Positions 11,061 to 20,016 of a DNA stretch of 27,493 nt are shown here, one piece after another. Source of the DNA: a virus (lineage: Duplodnaviria > Heunggongvirae > Uroviricota > Caudoviricetes); the IMG/VR virus record IMGVR_UViG_2703718834_000005, positions 1 through 27,493 of that record. One strand, 5' to 3'. Within the stretch, counting starts at the first letter, position 1, and the number at the start of each line of letters is the position of its first letter. The notes beneath the pieces were generated by a model that worked only from the letters and a program-made list of their open reading frames with translations, did not search any database and had not been told where the DNA came from. The position numbers were made by a program, and so were the translations under genes.

Positions 11061-11324
11061 CTACTTCACTTTTGCTTTTGCTTCCGCTCGCTTACGCCGG
11101 CGCTCTTCTTTCCTCTCGGCTTTTGCCATGTCCATGAATGCCTGCATGATCGAGTTCCGCATCATGTAGCTAACAAAGTGATGATTGACACAGCCGTTGA
11201 GGCGCAGCTGCTCGCCAAACTCATCCACCGAGGCCAATGCTTCCATCATGCCCTTCTCGCCTTTCATGAACTCTGAGAAGTCGCGCCCCGCTCTGGAGGC
11301 GCATTCAATGACACGATCACTCAT
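11061..11324 (-). CDS. hypothetical protein (87 aa) with Lys/Arg/Glu-rich C-terminus
   Basis: ATGA start/stop overlap with upstream KilA-N gene. Confidence 0.5.
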   Translation of the reverse strand: MSDRVIECASRAGRDFSEFMKGEKGMMEALASVDEFGEQLRLNGCVNHHFVSYMMRNSIMQAFMDMAKAERKEERRRKRAEAKAKVK

Positions 11325-11818
11325 CCCGGAAGCCCGGGGATCGTAATCTGCAGCTGGTTAGCCAGGGAGTTAATCTCAGCGACCAACACTGGCTTCGTAT
11401 AGCGCCATGCTGCCAGCCCTTGTCCGCAGAAGCTCGCCATGTCTTTCTTCTGGTCAAACTCATGACATTTCATGTTGAGCTGCGCACTTAAGCTGTTGCG
11501 ATGCTGAAGTTCTCCGGTGAAGTAGTCATCGAGGACTTTATAGGCCGCGTACTTGAACCCGGGGTTTAACCAAGCCGCATAATCGTAAGCAACAAACTTC
11601 CCGCCATATGTTCCACCGTGTACACCGCGCTCAGTAAAAACCACAGATTCGTGGTTTTTCTCCAGCTCGGCTAAGAACTCTTTGGTCTGCTTGTTTCGCA
11701 GATAGTGGTACGGCGATTCAGATTCACTTTTACCACTAGCTTTCCACATGTCAGTGAGGCAGATCATGCCATCTTCACCGATACGAATTGGTTGATTGAA
11801 GAGGGTTAATGATTTCAT
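11321..11818 (-). CDS. KilA-N domain protein (putative DNA-binding)
   Basis: 165 aa; resemblance to recalled KilA-N/APSES-type N-terminal domain; assignment by pattern only. Confidence 0.45.
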   Translation of the reverse strand: MKSLTLFNQPIRIGEDGMICLTDMWKASGKSESESPYHYLRNKQTKEFLAELEKNHESVVFTERGVHGGTYGGKFVAYDYAAWLNPGFKYAAYKVLDDYFTGELQHRNSLSAQLNMKCHEFDQKKDMASFCGQGLAAWRYTKPVLVAEINSLANQLQITIPGLPG

Positions 11819-11933
11819 AGCGTGTACCTACTCTTTGAAATGAACCTTTGCCGCACAGGAAACCAGCCCACCGAGGCTCGCCAGCACTAACTGGTATCCT
11901 CAAAGGCCCATTCCAAAGGGGCAGGTTCGGTGT

Positions 11934-11958
11934 AAAAAACATGCGTTGCGGTACGCAT
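11934..11958 (-). terminator. intrinsic terminator downstream of lysis cassette (distal)
   Basis: minus-strand AUGCGU-ACCGCA-ACGCAU then G UUUUUU. Confidence 0.55.
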
Positions 11959-11965
11959 TTATTGC

Positions 11966-11987
11966 AAAAAGCCCCGCATCGCGAGGC
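11966..11987 (-). terminator. intrinsic terminator downstream of Rz (proximal)
   Basis: minus-strand GCCUCGC-GAU-GCGGGGC (one G-U pair) followed by UUUUU. Confidence 0.5.
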
Positions 11988-12019
11988 TCATTAAATGGAC
12001 TTTGTGATTTGCAAAAAAA

Positions 12020-12478
12020 TTATTTCAGGCATTGCGTCCTGATGTATTCCTGCAGGTAGTTAACCTGCGCGGTTATCTTGTCGATTCCACTTCGGAGACG
12101 GTAATAATTGAGTTCAGCATCTGCTGTAAGTCCTGGGCTTTCTCCATCGCCCATGCCGCTGGCTCCGGTCGTTGACTTTGCACAGGTGGCGGCGACTTGC
12201 AGGCGCTTACGCCCAGCAGAAACATCAGCACGGAGACTTTCGATAGTCGCGTTAGCATCAGCAAGCTCCTTTGTGTATCTTGCGTCGAGTTCTGCTACAT
12301 CACGTTGACGCTTCCGCATGTCAGCGATGGTGGCGTTCGCCTTCTCCAGTTCACTGGCCTTGTTATCGCGCTGCTCTTTGTAGGCGATTGCGTTATCACG
12401 GTAATGATTAACAGCCCATGACAGGCAGACGATGATGCAGATAATCAGAGCGGGGATAATCGCGGTTACTCTGCTCAT
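12020..12478 (-). CDS. Rz: i-spanin Rz
   Basis: 152 aa; N-terminal TM segment then coiled coil; near-identical to recalled lambda Rz; ATGA overlap with R. Confidence 0.9.
   Translation of the reverse strand: MSRVTAIIPALIICIIVCLSWAVNHYRDNAIAYKEQRDNKASELEKANATIADMRKRQRDVAELDARYTKELADANATIESLRADVSAGRKRLQVAATCAKSTTGASGMGDGESPGLTADAELNYYRLRSGIDKITAQVNYLQEYIRTQCLK
12073..12264 (-). CDS. Rz1: o-spanin Rz1, lipoprotein embedded in the +1 frame of Rz
   Basis: 63 aa; signal peptide with lipobox (LGVSAC), proline-rich mature part ([12 protein letters not shown]); entirely inside Rz. Confidence 0.8.
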   Translation of the reverse strand: MLMLTRLSKVSVLMFLLGVSACKSPPPVQSQRPEPAAWAMEKAQDLQQMLNSIITVSEVESTR

Positions 12479-12951
12479 ACCTCAATCTCTCTGACCGTTC
12501 CGCCCGCTTCTTTGAATTTTGCAATCAGGCTGTCAGCCTTATGCTCGAACTGACCATAACCAGCGCCCGGCAGTGAAGCCCAGATATTGCTGCAACGGTC
12601 GATAGCCTGACGAATATCACCGCGATCAATCATCGGTAAAGCGCCACGCTCTTTAATCTGTTGCAGTGCCACAGCGTCCTGGCTTTTCGGAGAGAAGTCT
12701 TTCAGGCCAAGCTGCTTACGATAGGCATCCCACCAACGGGAAAGAAGCTGGTAACGTCCGGCTGCTGTTGATTTGAGTTTTGGGTTTAGCGTGACAAGTT
12801 TGCGAGGGTGATCGGAGTAATCAGTGAATAGCTCTCCGCCAACAATGACGTCATAACCATGATTTCTGGTTTTCTGCCGTCCGTTATCAGTTCCCTCTGA
12901 CCACGCCAGCATATCGAGGAACGCCTTACGTTGATTATTGATTTCCACCAT
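12475..12951 (-). CDS. R: endolysin R (lytic transglycosylase, lambda R family)
   Basis: 158 aa; near-identical to recalled lambda R. Confidence 0.95.
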   Translation of the reverse strand: MVEINNQRKAFLDMLAWSEGTDNGRQKTRNHGYDVIVGGELFTDYSDHPRKLVTLNPKLKSTAAGRYQLLSRWWDAYRKQLGLKDFSPKSQDAVALQQIKERGALPMIDRGDIRQAIDRCSNIWASLPGAGYGQFEHKADSLIAKFKEAGGTVREIEV

Positions 12952-13258
12952 CTTCTACTCCGGCTTTTTTAGCAGCGAAGCGTTTGATAAGCGAACCAAT
13001 CGAGTCAGTACCGATGTAGCCGATGAACACGCTCGTTATATAAGCGAGATTGCTACTTAATCCGGCGAAGTCGAGAAGGTCACGAATGAACCAGGCGATA
13101 ATGGCGCACATCGTTGCGTCGATTACTGTTTTTGTAAACGCACCGCCATTATACCTGCCGCGAAGGTACGCCATTGCAAACGCAAGGATTGCCCCGATGC
13201 CTTGTTCCTTTGCCGCGAGAATGGCGGCTAACAGGTCATGTTTTTCTGGCATCTTCAT
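12935..13258 (-). CDS. S: holin S (class I, dual-start S107/S105)
   Basis: 107 aa beginning MKMPEK (two Met starts separated by Lys); three hydrophobic segments; overlaps R start. Confidence 0.95.
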   Translation of the reverse strand: MKMPEKHDLLAAILAAKEQGIGAILAFAMAYLRGRYNGGAFTKTVIDATMCAIIAWFIRDLLDFAGLSSNLAYITSVFIGYIGTDSIGSLIKRFAAKKAGVEDGGNQ

Positions 13259-13264
13259 GTCTTA

Positions 13265-13278
13265 CCCCCAGAAGGGGA
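13265..13278 (-). promoter_or_regulatory. sdi-like RNA hairpin upstream of S start (controls S107/S105 start choice)
   Basis: minus-strand CCCC-UUCU-GGGG(G) immediately before UAAGAC-AUG-AAG-AUG, as in lambda S. Confidence 0.5.
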
Positions 13279-13420
13279 TCTGTTCAAATTAGGAATTATG
13301 GATATGGTCGCTTGAACAAATCCGGGTTACGGTTTATTTGTAACGGGCTTGTTCGTGACCGCATTCATGAGCAAATCAGGCGTGGATTGCGCCAACAATA
13401 CATGCCGCTCATATCACGAA

Positions 13421-13450
13421 GCCCAGCCATTGATGCTGGGTTTTCTTTTT
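13421..13450 (+). terminator. plus-strand intrinsic terminator inside the late-operon leader
   Basis: GCCCAGC-cattgat-GCTGGG followed by TTTTCTTTTTT. Confidence 0.5.
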
Positions 13451-13529
13451 TAAAGCGCACTAGACAACCGTATCCACAGAGTGTCAGCAATGAGTTGGTT
13501 AGGTCTGGTTCTTGGTGGAAGTACGCTTT

Positions 13530-13555
13530 AAAAAATGGGCTGAGGGTTGTAGCCC
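13530..13555 (-). terminator. minus-strand intrinsic terminator inside the late-operon leader
   Basis: minus-strand GGGCU-acaacccuc-AGCCC followed by AUUUUUU. Confidence 0.45.
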
Positions 13556-13784
13556 AAAATACTGAGGGAATGGTATGGATGAACAACGGTTTTGCTCTGG
13601 GTGGATTTGGCTGTGGTGGCCGGCGCTGATCTCCGGCTTGTATACAGGCACCTTGTTCTTCCGAAGCTCTCCTGCGCGCATCAGCCTGCGCATTCACCAC
13701 ACCGGAAAGAGCACTCAGTTGTACCGGCCAGTTGTGCCACTAAGAAATGCTTTCGCAGACCGTTAAGCTCTTTGCCAGTTCTTT

Positions 13785-13800
13785 AATGCTCTTACCTGTT
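13785..13800. repeat. 16-bp direct repeat copy 1 (AATGCTCTTACCTGTT)
   Basis: exact 16-mer also present at 14036..14051. Confidence 0.9.
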
Positions 13801-13972
13801 GTGTGCCCATTATTAATCACACCGGGCCAGTGCGCCGAATTTGTTTACAAGGAGTCGGAAGACCTTGCTGACTTACAGGCTATTACGCCGCCATCAGAAC
13901 AACATCATCGTTTGCATTTATCTTTGTGGTCAGTTTCTAAAAAACCGCAAAGTCGCCAACTCTGACGAAAAC

Positions 13973-13996
13973 TATCGTTGTGCTGCCACAACGATA
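13973..13996. other. perfect 10-bp-stem hairpin (TATCGTTGTG-ctgc-CACAACGATA) inside the repeat-bounded segment
   Basis: read directly; on the minus strand it is followed by GUUUUCG. Confidence 0.8.
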
Positions 13997-14035
13997 AGAG
14001 CACTCGGTGCATTTAAGCCAAGCCCCATAAGGGAG

Positions 14036-14051
14036 AATGCTCTTACCTGTT
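14036..14051. repeat. 16-bp direct repeat copy 2 (AATGCTCTTACCTGTT), abutting tR'
   Basis: exact match to 13785..13800; 251 bp apart. Confidence 0.9.
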
Positions 14052-14061
14052 ACACAGATAT

Positions 14062-14120
14062 AAAAAATCCCGAAACCGTTATGCAGGCTCTAACTATTAC
14101 CTGCGAACTGTTTCGGGATT
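14062..14120 (-). terminator. tR' late terminator
   Basis: minus-strand AAUCCCGAAAC ... GUUUCGGGAUU followed by UUUUUA; matches recalled lambda tR' (GGTTTCGGGATTTTTTATATCTG). Confidence 0.7.
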
Positions 14121-14254
14121 GCATTTTACAGACCTCTCATCCTGCGATGGTTGGAGTTCCAGACGATACGTCGAAGTGACCAACTAGGCGGAATCGGTAG
14201 TAAGCGCCGCCTCTTTTTATCTCACTACCACAACGAGCGAATTAACCCATCGTT
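14062..14254 (-). ncRNA. 6S-like short late leader RNA (pR' start to tR')
   Basis: about 193 nt between predicted pR' start and tR', as for lambda 6S RNA (about 194 nt); sequence resembles recalled lambda pR' leader. Confidence 0.55.
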
Positions 14255-14289
14255 GGGTCAAATTTACCCAACTTTATTCAAAAAGTCAA
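14255..14289 (-). promoter_or_regulatory. late promoter pR' with Q-utilisation region
   Basis: minus-strand TTGACT (-35), 17-bp spacer, TAAATT (-10), about 40 bp downstream of Q stop. Confidence 0.65.
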
Positions 14290-14331
14290 TATCATGCCGT
14301 TAATATGTTGCCATCCGTGGCAATCATGCTG

Positions 14332-14955
14332 CTAACGTGTGACCGCGTTCAAAATGTTGTCTGCGATTGACTCTTCCTTGTGGCATTGCACCACCAGAGC
14401 GTCATACAGCGGCTTAACAGTTCGTGACCAGGTGGGTTGGGTAAGGTTTGGGATTAGCATCGTTACAGCGCGATATGCGGCGCTTGCTGGCATTCTTGAA
14501 TAGCCGACACCTTTGCATCTTCCGCATTCTTTCTCAACAACTCTCCCCCACAGCTCTGTTTTTGATATATCAACCGCACGGCCTGTACCGTGGCAATCTC
14601 TGCATCTTGCACCCGGCGTCGCGGCACTACGGCAATAATCCGCATAAGCGAATGTTGCGAGCACTTGCAGTACCTTTGCCTTAGTATTTCCTTCGAGCTT
14701 TGCCACACCACGGTATTTCCCCGATACCTTGTGTGCAAATTGCATCAGATAGTTGATAGCCTTTTGTTTGTCGTTCTGGCTGAGTTCGTGCTTACCGCAG
14801 AATGCAGCCATACCGAATCCGGCTTGTGATTGCGCCATCCCCATAGCAGCCATCACATCAGTACCGGAAAGAGAGTCAGAAGCCGTAGCCCGTGGTGAGT
14901 CGCTCATCATCGGGCTTTTTGGCGAATGAAATTTAGCTACGTTTTCGAGTCTCAT
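14332..14955 (-). CDS. Q: late antiterminator Q (lambda Q family)
   Basis: 207 aa; near-identical to recalled lambda Q including the Cys-rich zinc motif CRDCHGTGR...CGRCKGVG. Confidence 0.95.
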   Translation of the reverse strand: MRLENVAKFHSPKSPMMSDSPRATASDSLSGTDVMAAMGMAQSQAGFGMAAFCGKHELSQNDKQKAINYLMQFAHKVSGKYRGVAKLEGNTKAKVLQVLATFAYADYCRSAATPGARCRDCHGTGRAVDISKTELWGRVVEKECGRCKGVGYSRMPASAAYRAVTMLIPNLTQPTWSRTVKPLYDALVVQCHKEESIADNILNAVTR

Positions 14956-15617
14956 GCGCCTTCTCCCTGTACCTGAATCAATGTGAGATTTCCGCAGAAC
15001 ACTGCGCCGGTATCGATATACATCTGGTTGGCAAATTTGAGCGGTTTCACTGCTGGCGTATGACCAAAGATGAACGTGTCCGCGCCTTTAATTTCTTTCA
15101 CGATCCCGTCTTGTGAGTTGCTGATTCGTTCGCGGTTCCAGATTACCTGCTGATGATCAACTGGCTTTCCAAACTCGTATTCGTCACAAGGATAATCGGC
15201 GTGGCAGATGACATATTTTTTATCTTTACTCACCAGTTCGATGATTAACGGAAGTTCATCTGCTTTATGGGCAAGAGCTTTAGCCAGAATTTCTTTGTCG
15301 TAATCGAGATTAAAGAACCAACTACCGCCATTAAGCAGCCAGTGATTGACGTTTCCGCGCTCTGATAAGCCATCAATCATCATTTGCTCATGGTTTCCAC
15401 GTACAGCTCTGAACCAGGGGAATGTGATTAATTCCAGGCATTCAACGTTCTCTGTACCGCGATCGACCAAATCGCCAACCGAGATAAGCAGGTCTTTTTT
15501 GGTGTCGAATCCTATCGCCTCCAGTTTTTTCATCAGGTTCGTGTAGCATCCGTGCAGATCGCCAACTACCCAAATATTTCGGTATTTGCTGCCATCAATT
15601 TTTTCGTAATAGCGCAT
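14952..15617 (-). CDS. Ser/Thr protein phosphatase (lambda PPase / NinI)
   Basis: 221 aa from ATG at 15617 (the track start at 15626 is GTG); metallophosphatase motifs GDLHG, GDLVDRG, GNHE; ATGA overlap with Q. Confidence 0.9.
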   Translation of the reverse strand: MRYYEKIDGSKYRNIWVVGDLHGCYTNLMKKLEAIGFDTKKDLLISVGDLVDRGTENVECLELITFPWFRAVRGNHEQMMIDGLSERGNVNHWLLNGGSWFFNLDYDKEILAKALAHKADELPLIIELVSKDKKYVICHADYPCDEYEFGKPVDHQQVIWNRERISNSQDGIVKEIKGADTFIFGHTPAVKPLKFANQMYIDTGAVFCGNLTLIQVQGEGA

Positions 15618-15801
15618 CTCTTTCACTCCATCCGCGATGAACCATGAGAACGTCGTTGACTATGGCGTGCATTTTCCCGTCTTTATCATCAACGTATTTT
15701 CTGACCGTACCGCGACTACATTTCAGTCTGCGTGCTACTTCTGTCTGGTTTCCGTATGCTTCAACAAGCATGTCTGGAATGGTTTTTACTGAGAACGTCA
15801 T
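15595..15801 (-). CDS. ninH: NinH
   Basis: 68 aa, matches recalled lambda NinH; ATGA overlap with ninG. Confidence 0.8.
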   Translation of the reverse strand: MTFSVKTIPDMLVEAYGNQTEVARRLKCSRGTVRKYVDDKDGKMHAIVNDVLMVHRGWSERDALLRKN

Positions 15802-16403
15802 GCGGCCTCACTTCTGCTGTTTCGCAGTTTTTTAAGTTTCTGTTGATACTCCGCCTTGATGGTCTTGCACTCTTCGACAGTCCAGCGATGGCGGTTATGG
15901 TTTGATTCGATTTCGTCTACTGCTTCCTGCCCGATGCGGTTAATCAGTTCGACGCGATACGGAACGAGATTTCCGCTTTTATGTTGGTTGCACACCACGC
16001 ATTGCTTGTGAATATTGCGTTCATCAAATCGGAGTTGAGGTGCCGCAGCAGTTGTCCGGTAATGCCCGGCATCCCACTGAGCAGACGTGAGCGTTCCGCA
16101 CGAGATACATGGTAAGTCGCGGTCTCTTTCTCTGATGAAGGCGTTTACGGTTTGTTGGGCTTGTTTAATCCAGTAACTGCGGGGCTTTAAGGCGAGTTTT
16201 CGAATCTTCAGTTTATCTTTCTGTCTCTGCTCCTCTCGTCGTCGTTTCTTCTCTGCTGCTTTTTCCGCTTTTTTTCGCTGTTTACTTTGTAGTTTGAGTG
16301 CTAACTGAGTTCCGTGTTCCGGGCAGCACCACCACTGATTTGAGAATGCCGGGTGAAACCATTCCTTGCATATTTTGCATTTCCTTCGCGCTGGTTTAGC
16401 CAT
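15798..16403 (-). CDS. ninG: NinG (Rap recombination-associated endonuclease)
   Basis: 201 aa; Cys-rich N-terminus and central KR-rich segment as in lambda NinG. Confidence 0.85.
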   Translation of the reverse strand: MAKPARRKCKICKEWFHPAFSNQWWCCPEHGTQLALKLQSKQRKKAEKAAEKKRRREEQRQKDKLKIRKLALKPRSYWIKQAQQTVNAFIRERDRDLPCISCGTLTSAQWDAGHYRTTAAAPQLRFDERNIHKQCVVCNQHKSGNLVPYRVELINRIGQEAVDEIESNHNRHRWTVEECKTIKAEYQQKLKKLRNSRSEAA

Positions 16404-16572
16404 CGTCTTCTTCCTCGTACATTGAGCTATTCGGATCGCTCATCAGTTCTGCGCAGCAATCGGAGCACACGTGAACTTCCAGCACATGCAGCTTCTGACC
16501 GCAGTTAGCGCACGTTAAAGCCCGCTCGACGCTTTCTTTCTGGTATTGAAGAGATTGGGATGGGCTAAGCAT
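16396..16572 (-). CDS. ninF: NinF (58 aa), not in ORF track
   Basis: translated by hand: [58 protein letters not shown]; stop overlaps ninG start; matches recalled lambda NinF. Confidence 0.75.
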   Translation of the reverse strand: MLSPSQSLQYQKESVERALTCANCGQKLHVLEVHVCSDCCAELMSDPNSSMYEEEDDG

Positions 16573-16924
16573 TATTGACGTCCTGCATCATGAGAAAGAC
16601 AATCATGGCGGCGCGGAGGGAATTTTCATGTATAGCTCGCTTAGATTTACAGTCGGCCGCACCACGTGCCCCCCACTCGTCTTCATCGAGATTGATAATG
16701 CTAATCCTGTACTTCTCAATAATCGGCCATGAGGCACTCGGATCATTGCAGTAGTCAGGTAAAGGGTTTAATGGCTCAAAAGTTGTATCAGCATTTCCGT
16801 AATACCATTTGTTGGTGTTATTCCCTGACGTTTCCGGTTTACATGCCCAAAGGCCTTTAAAAATTATGTCTCCTACCATTCTGTTAATTTCAAAATCACT
16901 TAACTGTGAATAATCCATTGTCAT
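16565..16924 (-). CDS. hypothetical nin-region protein (119 aa)
   Basis: ATGA overlap with ninE stop; tightly packed in nin operon. Confidence 0.6.
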   Translation of the reverse strand: MTMDYSQLSDFEINRMVGDIIFKGLWACKPETSGNNTNKWYYGNADTTFEPLNPLPDYCNDPSASWPIIEKYRISIINLDEDEWGARGAADCKSKRAIHENSLRAAMIVFLMMQDVNNA

Positions 16925-17097
16925 TTCCTCGCACGTTCTCTAAGCCACCGGATATCCCACAGGTGAGCCGTGTAGTTGAAGGTTTTTACGTCAGATTCTT
17001 TTGGGATTGGCTTGCGTTTATTTCTGGAGCGCTTCGTTGGAAGGTATTTGCAGTTTTCGCAGATGATGTCGGTGATACTTCGTCGCTGTCGTCTCAT
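16921..17097 (-). CDS. ninE: NinE (58 aa)
   Basis: internal ATG at 17097 gives [23 protein letters not shown]..., matching recalled lambda NinE; ATGA overlap with Dam stop; the track ORF extends upstream in an overlapping frame. Confidence 0.75.
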   Translation of the reverse strand: MRRQRRSITDIICENCKYLPTKRSRNKRKPIPKESDVKTFNYTAHLWDIRWLRERARK

Positions 17098-17621
17098 GCC
17101 GCCCTCCTGACGCCCTGCCCGATCGCCATCAATGCCGCTTTGGATACGGTAGTAAACATCCGTCGAGGACTGATGAACGGTCGCCAAATCAGCAGCATGG
17201 AGCCTTTGCTGTTTCCCTTCTTCTCCAGCCCTGTCGATGGTTCGATAAAATTAATCCGTCCATCAGTGATAATGCGAACTTCGTCGACACTCTCCAGAGC
17301 CTTGCTGAACCATCCGACTGACATATCCTCTGGCACAAGCATAACTACCGTCTGTCGCTGTTGTATGCACTGCTCAGCGGCTTTTTCCACCCACGGCCTG
17401 ATATTGCTGTACGGTGGGTTATTCCAGATTGCACCGTGGCTTATCCACTCAGAATTGAGCGCGTCGTCGGCCTCAGTTAGCCAGTGAGCGCACAGAGCAT
17501 TTTTGTCGCTCGCTGCCGAATCCAGCCAGAATCCAAACTCAATATCCAGTGCATCAAAAAGCCAAAGCGGTGTTTGCCAGCAGTCCTTGTCGTGTGCTGG
17601 CGTATTTGATTTGATAGTCAT
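17094..17621 (-). CDS. DNA N6-adenine methyltransferase (phage Dam-like, NPPY motif)
   Basis: 176 aa from ATG at 17621 (ATGA overlap with ninB stop); motifs DCWQTP near N-terminus and NPPY. Confidence 0.75.
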   Translation of the reverse strand: MTIKSNTPAHDKDCWQTPLWLFDALDIEFGFWLDSAASDKNALCAHWLTEADDALNSEWISHGAIWNNPPYSNIRPWVEKAAEQCIQQRQTVVMLVPEDMSVGWFSKALESVDEVRIITDGRINFIEPSTGLEKKGNSKGSMLLIWRPFISPRRMFTTVSKAALMAIGQGVRRAA

Positions 17622-18058
17622 GCAGCCCGATCTCCCCATCGCGCTTTCCATTCGAGAGCCAGTCGCGCTTCGTCTGACCACTTAACGCCACGCTCTGTAC
17701 CGAATGCCTGTATAAGCTCTAATAGCTCCGCAAATTCGCCTACACGCATCCTGCTGGTTGACTGGCCTATTACCACAAAGCCATTCCCGGCAAGGTTAGG
17801 AACAACATCCTGCTGCTTTAATGCTGCGGTAAACACACACTTCCAGCTTTCTGCATCCAGCCAGCGACCATGCCATTCAACCTGACGAGAGACGTCACCA
17901 AGGCAAGCCCAAAGCTTCCGATTCTGGTCTAAGCTGCGGTTGCGCTCCTGAATGATCACTACGATTGGCTTGGTTGGGTCTGGAAGAATTTGCTGTACTG
18001 CGTGAATAGCGTTTTGCTGATGTGCTGGGGATCGAATTTCAAAGGTTAGTTTTTTCAT
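17618..18058 (-). CDS. ninB: NinB (Orf-family recombination mediator)
   Basis: 146 aa from ATG at 18058; near-identical to recalled lambda NinB. Confidence 0.9.
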   Translation of the reverse strand: MKKLTFEIRSPAHQQNAIHAVQQILPDPTKPIVVIIQERNRSLDQNRKLWACLGDVSRQVEWHGRWLDAESWKCVFTAALKQQDVVPNLAGNGFVVIGQSTSRMRVGEFAELLELIQAFGTERGVKWSDEARLALEWKARWGDRAA

Positions 18059-18074
18059 GACTTCCCTCTCCCCC

Positions 18075-18106
18075 AAATAAAAAGGCCTGCGATTACCAGC
18101 AGGCCT
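18075..18106 (-). terminator. tR2-like intrinsic terminator between helicase gene and ninB
   Basis: minus-strand AGGCCUGC-ugguaauc-GCAGGCCU followed by UUUUUAUUU. Confidence 0.65.
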
Positions 18107-18135
18107 GTTATTAGCTCAGTGATGTAGATGGTCAT

Positions 18136-20016
18136 TTAATACTCCGTCACGTTTTCCTGTCGCCACGCCTCGTCATATTCCGATTTCGGCATATTGGCGA
18201 TGTAGCTATATGGCGATCCTGATTCAAGTTGCAGGAACTGGTGCGATTGCTCGTCAAGGAACAACGGGACACCACCTTCCCAACCTTCGCCGTTACGTTG
18301 TTTTTCAAGCATCAAAACAGATGCCGGAGATGCCAGTAGCTGTTCGTCCTTCTCTGACATCTTTTCACCACTCTGAACTCTCTGTAACGCTCTCTCGCGA
18401 GCCTTGTTACGCCAGATGATGAAAAGGTTGTCTGTCAGGTCTGTTATCGCTCCAGAGCCTTTTACGTCCATTTTCCCGGTTGGTTTTTCTTCGCTGTCAC
18501 CTTTTCGCGAGTGAGTAACGAGAATGACGTGGGAGTTTGTTTTGTTTTTGAAATCGCAAATCGAGTCAACAAACGCCTTCTGCCCGTTATAGTCATCGTC
18601 GCCTATGCCACATTTCATCAGGCTGTCGATGATGAATAACTGGATGCCGTATCGGCGGCGAGCGTAGTCGAATATTTCGATCAGCCTGTCGGCTTTCGCC
18701 GTTCCGGTCAGGCCAAACACCCAAAGTCTTTCGTCATAAAATTTAAATGCAGAGTCAATTTCCAGCACTGGCGGCATCTTGCAGCACGTCGCCTGACGGG
18801 TAAGTCGCTTAAGGAGAATGCCTGGCTTCAGCTCAAGTGACGCGATGCACGTCTTCACACCCTGACGCATTGCCTCAAGTGCCATATGCCCGACAACCTC
18901 CGTTTTTCCGTGACCGTTCACACCATTGACCAGCGTCAACTCGGCCTCACGGAACTGGAATTTATCTGCCAGAGATTCCCACGGTGGATTAAACAGATAC
19001 TGCTGCTTGCCGTAGAAAGCGTTGATAGTGTCCTGGTAAAACTCTCGCGCGCTGTAGAGTTCTTCAGGATCGAAGTAGGATGCCGTGCCGATGTACTGCC
19101 AGATTTCATCCTCGGTAACACCGTTCATCAGGCATTCGTTGATGTCTTTGTACGGCAGAGTAACAAGACGGCAACGATGTTCACCGAGTCGGCTTGCGAT
19201 TTCCCTTGCGGCTTCACGACCAACATCATCAACGTCCATCGAGATGAATATTTCCTCAAACCTGTCGAGGTTGTGATACTCAAACTCAATCCACTGTTGC
19301 TTAGCGCCTTTCCCGCCACCAAACGGCACGGATAACGCCGAGATGCCGTATTGCGCATAGCTCATACAATCAATTTCGCCTTCGCAAAGTACAACCGCCC
19401 TTACGCCAGCGTCCAGAGCCTGCCATCCGAACAGACAAGGTTCGCAATCACCTTCTGCCATAATGACTTTCTTCCCGTCCGGGCGCTCAGTGCTGATTCG
19501 CTTGACCTGCAACAACTCACCATCGCGTTTGTACGGAAGCACCAGTGCATCAAGTTCTCGTTCTCCATTCCACACCTTGCCGCTGACAACCTCGTAGCGC
19601 TTTACGACTTCTGGCGATATGCCACGCGATTGCAGGTACTCAAGATGGGATTCTGTTCTGGTAACGTAGCGGGCGATTTTCTTGCGGTCAGGTCTGGAGA
19701 ATTTCTTCTCACGTTTGGCATCGAAATGGTGATCGTCATCCTTGATTCCGAGAAAGGCTTTCGCTTCCTGCATAGCCTGATGCAGGTTAATTCCACGACA
19801 TGCCATCCACAAATCAAGCATGTCACCGCCGTCTCCCTCAGCGAAATCAGCCCATTTTTTCTTGCCGCTAAGGTTGACCTTAAGGCTGTTTCCCTTGTCA
19901 CCGTTGACGTTACCGGCAACCCACTCATGCCCCTCTTTCTTGCCGTTTGGCAACAGGTGCGGAGCCACCCTGTCAACCTGCGCCCAAAGCAGGTCGCTAA
20001 GTTCACTTGGCGTCAT
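18136..20016 (-). CDS. bifunctional replicative primase-helicase (TOPRIM domain + DnaB/RecA-fold ATPase)
   Basis: 626 aa; TOPRIM-like VLCEGEIDCMS; Walker A GVNGHGKT and Walker B-like IIDSL in C-terminal half. Confidence 0.75.
   Translation of the reverse strand: MTPSELSDLLWAQVDRVAPHLLPNGKKEGHEWVAGNVNGDKGNSLKVNLSGKKKWADFAEGDGGDMLDLWMACRGINLHQAMQEAKAFLGIKDDDHHFDAKREKKFSRPDRKKIARYVTRTESHLEYLQSRGISPEVVKRYEVVSGKVWNGERELDALVLPYKRDGELLQVKRISTERPDGKKVIMAEGDCEPCLFGWQALDAGVRAVVLCEGEIDCMSYAQYGISALSVPFGGGKGAKQQWIEFEYHNLDRFEEIFISMDVDDVGREAAREIASRLGEHRCRLVTLPYKDINECLMNGVTEDEIWQYIGTASYFDPEELYSAREFYQDTINAFYGKQQYLFNPPWESLADKFQFREAELTLVNGVNGHGKTEVVGHMALEAMRQGVKTCIASLELKPGILLKRLTRQATCCKMPPVLEIDSAFKFYDERLWVFGLTGTAKADRLIEIFDYARRRYGIQLFIIDSLMKCGIGDDDYNGQKAFVDSICDFKNKTNSHVILVTHSRKGDSEEKPTGKMDVKGSGAITDLTDNLFIIWRNKARERALQRVQSGEKMSEKDEQLLASPASVLMLEKQRNGEGWEGGVPLFLDEQSHQFLQLESGSPYSYIANMPKSEYDEAWRQENVTEY

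Noticed and set aside
11819-11933. Possible tRNA or structured RNA in the KilA-N upstream region (contains GGTTCGG)
   Set aside because: No consistent cloverleaf and no conserved tRNA boxes; more simply the 5' UTR or promoter region of the KilA-N-like gene.
13174-13700. Track ORFs 13174..13629 (+), 13365..13700 (-) and 13499..13693 (-) in the late leader
   Set aside because: They run through intrinsic terminator hairpins, lack SD sequences and have Arg/Gly/Trp-rich or otherwise non-protein-like composition; likely chance ORFs in noncoding DNA.
13841-14179. Track ORF 13841..14179 (+), 112 aa
   Set aside because: Overlaps tR' and the 6S-like leader on the opposite strand of the late operon; no SD; junk-like composition.
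13259-14331. Searched the Q-S interval for tRNA genes or toxin cargo (as in Stx phages)
   Set aside because: No cloverleaf-compatible segment found on either strand and no long ORF with start context; the region is explained by pR', the 6S-like leader, tR', terminators and the repeat-bounded insert.
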